From a virus (lineage: Duplodnaviria; Caudoviricetes), in IMG/VR virus record IMGVR_UViG_3300022555_000004: a DNA stretch of 64,000 nt; one strand, 5' to 3'. The translations under genes were made by a program, and so were the position numbers. Position 1 is the first letter of the stretch. Each line of letters starts with the position of its first letter. Of this stretch, positions 57,988 through 64,000 are shown in pieces. The notes beneath the pieces were generated by a model that was not told the origin of the DNA, made no database searches, and worked only from the letters and a program-made list of their open reading frames with translations.

Positions 57988-59199
57988 TTAAATATTTATT
58001 ATTCCGGGCTGTTTATAGCCTTCTTTTAAAGAGGTTAAATGGGCAATAGACCAACACACTTGTTGTTCGTTTTTGTCCGAAGTGTATTCTCTCATGCTTT
58101 GAAATCTAACTGGCGTATCAATATATTGTGCCCAATTACTATTTGTATAGTATAAAAACGAATTAGAATTCCAAAATGAAACATGTGTAGGATCTTGAAA
58201 TGCTCCACGACCATCGGTTGATGGTACTTGAATAAAGGCATAACCGCCGGGTGCTAAAACTCTATATAATTCTTTCATTGTGTGCAAAGGGTCGAATAGA
58301 TGTTCAAATACATCAAATGCTCTTATTACACCAATGGAACTATCTTCAAACGGCCATCTTCCGTTTAAGTCACAAATAATATCAGCATCTTTTATATCAA
58401 CTGATTTATATCCGTCTTGTTTATTCAATCTACCACCTAAGTCAAGCGCTTCTAGTGTGTTATCATTTGACCATTTCAAAGCCAATTTTTCAATATATTT
58501 GTCATATAATGGATAAACACCGTTTTGAATTTCTTGATTTCGTTCTAACCATGTATTATCACCATGAACACGATACACGTATAGACCTTTATCAATATGA
58601 TGAAATTTGGTAATTTGATACATTCTACACATCAAATCTTGGTCATCAAGAACTTTTAATGATGCATCATAACCGCCTGCTTGATTATATATTCTTTTTC
58701 TAAATGCTCTAAAATGATCCGGTGCATACCATATTTTTGATACACTTGCTGGTGTTGGTGGGAATGATATAGGTTCATCTAAAATGAACCCTTTATATAT
58801 TGTTTCACGATATTGCCATCCATGATCAGAATTAAATCGTTCCAATTTACCCAATTCCATATTTGTATATAATGAATTAGAGTAAACAAAACCAACTTCT
58901 TCATCAACGAAGGCTTTTCGTATTTCATCAATTGCGTTCGGTGTCAATAGATCATCATGGTCTAATTCAACTAAAATATCACCGGAGCAGTTTTCACATG
59001 CGATTTTTTTATATTGACCGACACCAACAACATCAATTGACATTGTGATATTTTTAACACGGGCGTCATTGAAATCTATTGGTTCGGCACCATTATTATA
59101 AACAATAACCCATTCGTCAAAATCTTGGTCTTTGATACTATCATAGACTTCTTTCAGGTACTTCGTATTGTGTGTTGGTGTAAAAATGCTTAACTTCAT
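57988..59199 (-). CDS. GT2 glycosyltransferase fused to a class I SAM methyltransferase
   Basis: LSIFTPTHN, ELDHDDLL, DDQDLMCR, LYVYRVH; then LDLGG, FDVFEHL, YRVLAPGG. Confidence 0.88.
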   Translation of the reverse strand: MKLSIFTPTHNTKYLKEVYDSIKDQDFDEWVIVYNNGAEPIDFNDARVKNITMSIDVVGVGQYKKIACENCSGDILVELDHDDLLTPNAIDEIRKAFVDEEVGFVYSNSLYTNMELGKLERFNSDHGWQYRETIYKGFILDEPISFPPTPASVSKIWYAPDHFRAFRKRIYNQAGGYDASLKVLDDQDLMCRMYQITKFHHIDKGLYVYRVHGDNTWLERNQEIQNGVYPLYDKYIEKLALKWSNDNTLEALDLGGRLNKQDGYKSVDIKDADIICDLNGRWPFEDSSIGVIRAFDVFEHLFDPLHTMKELYRVLAPGGYAFIQVPSTDGRGAFQDPTHVSFWNSNSFLYYTNSNWAQYIDTPVRFQSMREYTSDKNEQQVCWSIAHLTSLKEGYKQPGIINI

Positions 59200-59233
59200 A
59201 ATTTAACCTCTTTATTCAACATTTTATTTTTGC

Positions 59234-60238
59234 TTAATTTTCAGATATACGTGTTCGTAATTTTATCAGATATCCATCCTCCAATGTAGTGGCTTCAAGT
59301 AAATCTGGTGATATTTTTTCTAACCAAGTATCATAAACTTTTTTATCAACCAATACCTTCAATGTTTTATATCCAGCATCTATACACCAATTTTTAAATA
59401 ATTTACGGCTGATCATTAGTTCATCATAAGTCAACAATTTTAAAACGGGTTTTCTTGAAAATGGTGATGAGTAGTCTAGTTCTGTAACTGTATCTCCCTG
59501 TCTTATAATGAAACAATCAACAGGAATATTATTTTTATAAACATTCAAAACAAGAGCGTTATCCAAGTATAACCATTGATTCATAAAATTTATGGCCATT
59601 GTAGCTCGATTCCAATTTGACTTATTCAAATTATCAAATATCCAATCAGTATCCGTTGTTTGTTGTAGACTTATGTCACCTTCTGAATATATTGTATCTC
59701 TTGATGGGATTGTAATATTTTGTTCTGAAATAAACCAGGCTGGTCTTTCCACACTAAAACATTTTATTTCTGTTGATGTTTTAACTTCTAATATACCCTC
59801 ATAATATTTTAATATCAATCCGTTTTGATCCATTATATCAAAAACTTGTTGTTTTGTATATTTATGGGTTGACATAATACGATATAAATCATTTGATGTT
59901 GGTACATCCCAACATAAATTTGGTTTTATTTCAACGTGTTCATTTATAACAATTGTGTCTGGATGTTCATCAAATATTATTTCATGATTATGTGACATAA
60001 ATTCATCGGGGATTCCTTTGGTTTTGAGGTAATTCCAAAGTGTTCTAGTGTCTTGTATTTGATAAATAATACCATCTTTAACTTTTAGACGATTTATGTT
60101 TTTTATGACATTAGATGAAACATAATCATCGTCTATTTCAATAAATGTATGGTTTGGATAAAAATCTTTATTGAACAAATCTGCATTAATCAACAATTTT
60201 GGAACATTATTTTCATCCGATATAAGAATTTTTTTCAT
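59234..60238 (-). CDS. Hypothetical protein, paralog of 61461..62552
   Basis: Shared KPNL.WDVPT..DL, TKQQVFD.M.QN, WLYLD.ALVLN.YKN. Confidence 0.7.
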   Translation of the reverse strand: MKKILISDENNVPKLLINADLFNKDFYPNHTFIEIDDDYVSSNVIKNINRLKVKDGIIYQIQDTRTLWNYLKTKGIPDEFMSHNHEIIFDEHPDTIVINEHVEIKPNLCWDVPTSNDLYRIMSTHKYTKQQVFDIMDQNGLILKYYEGILEVKTSTEIKCFSVERPAWFISEQNITIPSRDTIYSEGDISLQQTTDTDWIFDNLNKSNWNRATMAINFMNQWLYLDNALVLNVYKNNIPVDCFIIRQGDTVTELDYSSPFSRKPVLKLLTYDELMISRKLFKNWCIDAGYKTLKVLVDKKVYDTWLEKISPDLLEATTLEDGYLIKLRTRISEN

Positions 60239-60302
60239 TTGATTTTTGCTCCTTCAAATCTAGTTTTGTTTATTATATTTTTTATATCCATAAACAATTC
60301 TC

Positions 60303-61442
60303 CTATTTTGTTTCTTCATATTTTATTCGTTTACTATATTTTTTACGAAGTTCCATTAATCTTGGAATAACAGATTTATATACTTCACAAAATGGTGATT
60401 TTGTATCAAATCGACCAAACGTAGCTAACTTGTCATTTGGACATCCTGATTGACATATATCTTTAATATCGCAAATTTTACATTCTTGTGGAGCATCAGG
60501 TCGTTTATATGCCCATCTAAAATTATCATTTCGCATTAGCTGGTTTGGATGTTCAGAATAGATGGTTCCTGCGGTTACTTCATGATTTCTTAAGCAAGGG
60601 CCAACAGATCCATCTGGTCTAACGGACAAAACTCCTCGGCCACAGAAATATCGTGAATAAATATCAGGGTATTTGTCCCAATTTTGCGGTAATATATAAT
60701 CTTGTACATAATCATAACTAACGTGATACCCTCTGGACGAATATTTCTCCATTACATCTAGTATAGAATGGTATTTTTTAATCAGTCTTTCTTTGTATTC
60801 TTGATTATTTCCTTCAAACATATTTCTATAGAATCTACATCTAAAGTTATTCTCACACGCTATTGTAACAATTTCCTCTACTCTAGTTCCAAGTATATTT
60901 TCATCTGTAAGTACGCATGTGTTAGTTAAATATAATGCTTCGGAATTCTCTTTGATAATCATTGCTCTTCGTAAATACTCTTGTGGGGATAGATCAGTTA
61001 TATTAAAATGCCAAGAATAAAGGTATCTCAAATCATCCCAATTAACTACATCTAATAAATCACCGTTTGTGAAAATACCACCAGTAATAGGTAAAGAATC
61101 TTTAGCTATTCTATCCATCACACGTTTAATTCTATCCGTTCTTAACAAAGGCTCGCCACCCAAAAATATTAGTAGAAATTGTTTTTTATCTGATTCTTCA
61201 TATACTTTAGGCACCCATTCGACAAAATCTTCAAACATTTCATCAGACATTTCGCCAGAATGTTTTCCTTGCGCTTTTATGTAACAAGAAGGACACGTTC
61301 TAGTACAATAATAAGATAAGTATACCGCTATCCATGACATTGGCATAGATTCCCAACTAGGAATTTTACTTACTTTACGATCTTTATATTTATCAACTGT
61401 TGTAGTTAAAGAATAAATAGTTCTTGGTAATGTTTGTTTCAT
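60303..61442 (-). CDS. Second radical SAM/SPASM enzyme
   Basis: CTRTCPSC, FLGGEPLL, FTNG; SPASM CGRGVLSVRPDGSVGPC...CKICDIKDICQSGCP...C. Confidence 0.9.
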   Translation of the reverse strand: MKQTLPRTIYSLTTTVDKYKDRKVSKIPSWESMPMSWIAVYLSYYCTRTCPSCYIKAQGKHSGEMSDEMFEDFVEWVPKVYEESDKKQFLLIFLGGEPLLRTDRIKRVMDRIAKDSLPITGGIFTNGDLLDVVNWDDLRYLYSWHFNITDLSPQEYLRRAMIIKENSEALYLTNTCVLTDENILGTRVEEIVTIACENNFRCRFYRNMFEGNNQEYKERLIKKYHSILDVMEKYSSRGYHVSYDYVQDYILPQNWDKYPDIYSRYFCGRGVLSVRPDGSVGPCLRNHEVTAGTIYSEHPNQLMRNDNFRWAYKRPDAPQECKICDIKDICQSGCPNDKLATFGRFDTKSPFCEVYKSVIPRLMELRKKYSKRIKYEETK

Positions 61443-61460
61443 TATTAATGTTCCTTTTTT

Positions 61461-62552
61461 CTAATTATTATTTTCAAATATATCTAAATTACGTTGTATA
61501 GGATTTGGTATTACAACGATCCTACTTCCAACATTAGTTCCAATATATGTAATACTATCTTTCCATAATTGTACTTTAGCAAGATCTAATTGTATTTTAG
61601 TAGGATCTACAGGATTAACTAATACTTTAGTATCAATACAAGATATCAATGAATTAAAAATTCTTTCATCAATATACATTGTAGCATTTACATATCCCGC
61701 CGAGGACATCCACTTATAAAATAAATGCCTCATGGTTTTAGCTTCATCAAAAGACATCTTTGTTAGTAAATAATTTATGGAAAAAGGTTTTGTATAATCA
61801 AGCTGTGTGTCTTTACCATGTCTTATAATACAACAATCAACTAATACACCATTTTTATACCCATTAAGAACAAGAGCATCATCTAAATATAACCATGATT
61901 CTATCTCACGTATAGCTAAATCTTTTCTACTCCAATTAGACGCATTTAGATTATCAATTACCCAATTTGCATTAGATCCTTGTTGAACATATAAATCTCC
62001 AACCGTATATGTTGTATTTCTTGACGGAATAATAATTCTAGTATCTGTAAAAAACCAATCCGCTCTTTCTTTACTAAGAGGAATTGTTTCTATTGATGTT
62101 TTTATTGCCAAAATAGCATCGTTCCATTTCATCACTAACATATTTTGATTCATCATATCAAACACTTGTTGTTTGGTAAATCCATTTTGTATAATAATAT
62201 TTAAATCTTCTCCTGTTGGCACATCCCAATATAAATTAGGTTTTATATCAACACGTTCATCAATATTCGATGTATTTGGTGGTTCATTCAATATAGTGTC
62301 TTCTTTTTGTGATAGATATGTTGATTCTTGCCCCTTGTCTTTCAGATGTGACCAGAGGTCACGTTTATTTTTTATTTGATATATGTGGCCATTTATTATT
62401 TTTATATTTTCTGTATTTTGGGCAACAATATGTGATATGGTATTATCTACTTCAACATATGTGTTGCCCGGATAATGTGATATATTAAAATTGCTGGTTT
62501 TTATCACACCATTCGCATGTCCGTCTGAATCAATCAATAAATAATTTTTCAT
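61461..62552 (-). CDS. Hypothetical protein, paralog of 59234..60238
   Basis: Same shared motifs as its paralog; follows the collagen fibre gene. Confidence 0.7.
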   Translation of the reverse strand: MKNYLLIDSDGHANGVIKTSNFNISHYPGNTYVEVDNTISHIVAQNTENIKIINGHIYQIKNKRDLWSHLKDKGQESTYLSQKEDTILNEPPNTSNIDERVDIKPNLYWDVPTGEDLNIIIQNGFTKQQVFDMMNQNMLVMKWNDAILAIKTSIETIPLSKERADWFFTDTRIIIPSRNTTYTVGDLYVQQGSNANWVIDNLNASNWSRKDLAIREIESWLYLDDALVLNGYKNGVLVDCCIIRHGKDTQLDYTKPFSINYLLTKMSFDEAKTMRHLFYKWMSSAGYVNATMYIDERIFNSLISCIDTKVLVNPVDPTKIQLDLAKVQLWKDSITYIGTNVGSRIVVIPNPIQRNLDIFENNN

Positions 62553-62569
62553 TTTTATTTCTCCAAGTT

Positions 62570-64000
62570 TTATACTAATCTATATCCGTTTACTATCAAT
62601 GTTCTATATACAATAGATCCTGCTGTAGTAGCAGAAGTGTTTGCAGATGTTGCCGTTACAACATATGTCATATTTCCATTATATGATGGATAATCCGTTG
62701 TCATCAATACTAGATTAGAACTATAAACACCAGCATATCCGCCTGTTGTATCTAGTAGTTGTCCACTGACATTTGTTCTTCTTAATCTGAGTGTTGTGCC
62801 GTATGTGAGTGATGTTCCTGGCGTATATCCCCCCGTTTTTGGATCAATATATGCCGGTGTTCCAGAATTTGCTGGATCCGATCCTAATACCACCCTAGCC
62901 ATCAGTATTGCTGTAGTTGTTGCTGTCATAGACAATGTTACTGAAGCAATAACCGTTTCGTAATTGAAGTTTATTGACGATGAATTTGTATATGATCCAG
63001 CCGTTGAAATAGAGCCCGGGCCTGGCTGTCCCTGAACACCAGCAGAACCGTTAGGCCCTTGTGCGCCTGCCGTACCTGTTGCTCCTTGTGCACCAGCGGC
63101 TCCTTGATTGCCTGTTGGGCCTGTTGGGCCTGTTGCTCCTGTGTTGCCTGTTGCTCCTGTGTTGCCTGTTGGGCCCTGCGATCCCATATAACCTTGTGGG
63201 CCAATTACTCCTTGTGCTCCTGTCACGCCTTGTGACCCCATCAAACCTTGCGATCCAGTTGCTCCTTGTGCTCCCTTAAGACCTTGTGCTCCAACATTTC
63301 CTTGTTGACCAATAACGCCTTGACTACCTGTAAGTCCTTGTGGGCCAATTACGCCCTGCGAACCAATAAGTCCTTGTGGGCCTACTTGACCCTGTTGACC
63401 AATAACACCTTGACTTCCTGTATTACCTTGTGGGCCGATTACACCTTGACTACCAACATTTCCTTGTGGCCCCTGCGGGCCAGATGCCCCAGTTGCACCT
63501 TGTGACCCTGTTGGGCCAGTATTTCCTTGTGCCCCTATGTTTCCTTGTGGCCCTGATAATCCTTGTGATCCAGTATCGCCTTGACTACCTGTAAGACCTT
63601 GTGGGCCGGTGTTTCCTTGTGAACCAATATTTCCTTGTGGGCCTTGTGCTCCAGTTGAACCGGCATTACCTTGTGATCCTGTTTGGCCCTGATTTCCTGT
63701 TGCTCCTTGTGATCCTGTGTTGCCTGTTGCACCAACAGCGCCTTGTGCTCCTGTTGCTCCTTGTGACCCTGTTGGGCCAGTGTTTCCTTGTGAACCAATA
63801 TTTCCTTGTGGGCCTTGTGCTCCAGTTGAACCGGCATTACCTTGTGATCCTGTTTGGCCCTGATTTCCTGTTGCTCCTTGTGATCCTGTGTTGCCTGTTG
63901 CACCAACAGCGCCTTGTGCTCCTGTTGCTCCTTGTGACCCTGTTGGGCCAGTGTTTCCTTGTGAACCAATATTTCCTTGTGGGCCTTGTGCTCCAGTTGA
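62570..64000 (-). CDS. Collagen-like (Gly-X-Y) tail fibre/spike protein, 5'-truncated by the window edge
   Basis: The frame I read upstream of the track's 63244 start stays open and in Gly-X-Y register ([13 protein letters not shown]...), with the repeat continuing to base 64000. It ends in a ~150-aa non-collagen C-terminal domain. Confidence 0.88.
   Translation of the reverse strand, partial: STGAQGPQGNIGSQGNTGPTGSQGATGAQGAVGATGNTGSQGATGNQGQTGSQGNAGSTGAQGPQGNIGSQGNTGPTGSQGATGAQGAVGATGNTGSQGATGNQGQTGSQGNAGSTGAQGPQGNIGSQGNTGPQGLTGSQGDTGSQGLSGPQGNIGAQGNTGPTGSQGATGASGPQGPQGNVGSQGVIGPQGNTGSQGVIGQQGQVGPQGLIGSQGVIGPQGLTGSQGVIGQQGNVGAQGLKGAQGATGSQGLMGSQGVTGAQGVIGPQGYMGSQGPTGNTGATGNTGATGPTGPTGNQGAAGAQGATGTAGAQGPNGSAGVQGQPGPGSISTAGSYTNSSSINFNYETVIASVTLSMTATTTAILMARVVLGSDPANSGTPAYIDPKTGGYTPGTSLTYGTTLRLRRTNVSGQLLDTTGGYAGVYSSNLVLMTTDYPSYNGNMTYVVTATSANTSATTAGSIVYRTLIVNGYRLV
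63609..64000. repeat. 171-bp tandem repeat (at least 2.3 copies) in the collagen gene
   Basis: GTGTTTCCTTGTGAACCAATA recurs at 63609, 63780 and 63951. Confidence 0.9.

Noticed and set aside
94-63505. Numerous plus-strand ORFs in the track
   Set aside because: They overlap well-supported minus-strand genes, show no recognisable motifs, and look like antisense shadows.
56233-64000. CRISPR array
   Set aside because: The repeats are in-frame coding repeats without unique spacers, and no cas genes are present.
1-64000. Stop-codon reassignment (alternative genetic code)
   Set aside because: Long conserved genes are intact under code 11, genes end in TAA, TAG and TGA, and TGA read-through would not restore the gp5 frame.
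1-64000. tRNA or rRNA genes
   Set aside because: No cloverleaf or rRNA-like sequence was seen in the short intergenic gaps; a tRNAscan-SE run would be needed to exclude them formally.

Overview
A 64-kb, AT-rich fragment of a large T4-like contractile-tailed phage genome. Essentially every real gene is on the minus strand; the plus-strand ORFs in the track look like shadows. In transcription order (right to left) it contains: (i) a tail-fibre and accessory block with a collagen-like fibre, two radical SAM/SPASM enzymes, two paralogous unknowns, a GT2-methyltransferase fusion, and a tail-collar protein with about 29 CxCxxxCY repeats; (ii) the head module (portal gp20, protease gp21, scaffold gp22, capsid gp23); (iii) the packaging genes, with a prkA-yeaH-spoVR triad sitting between terS and terL; (iv) neck, tail and baseplate genes (gp13, 14, 15, 3, 18, three gp19 paralogs, 26, 51, 29-like, 48-like, 53, 27-like, 5, PAAR, 25, 6); (v) a sigma70-driven operon of radical SAM, Nudix and three TNSSS-motif genes; (vi) a sugar-modification cluster. 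Selfish elements are abundant: 8 free-standing endonuclease genes and 6 inteins. One intein is an atypically split intein that fractures terL into two genes around an endonuclease gene. TATAAATA late promoters, sigma70 promoters, terminators and RBS-occluding hairpins can be read directly. The best candidate for a new system is the Cys-repeat virion fibre protein with its neighbouring rSAM/SPASM enzymes, one of which carries the same repeat motif in its own tail. Four apparent frameshifts, all at codons ~19-27 of their genes, may be assembly errors. All protein family calls come from motifs recognised by eye; no database search was run.
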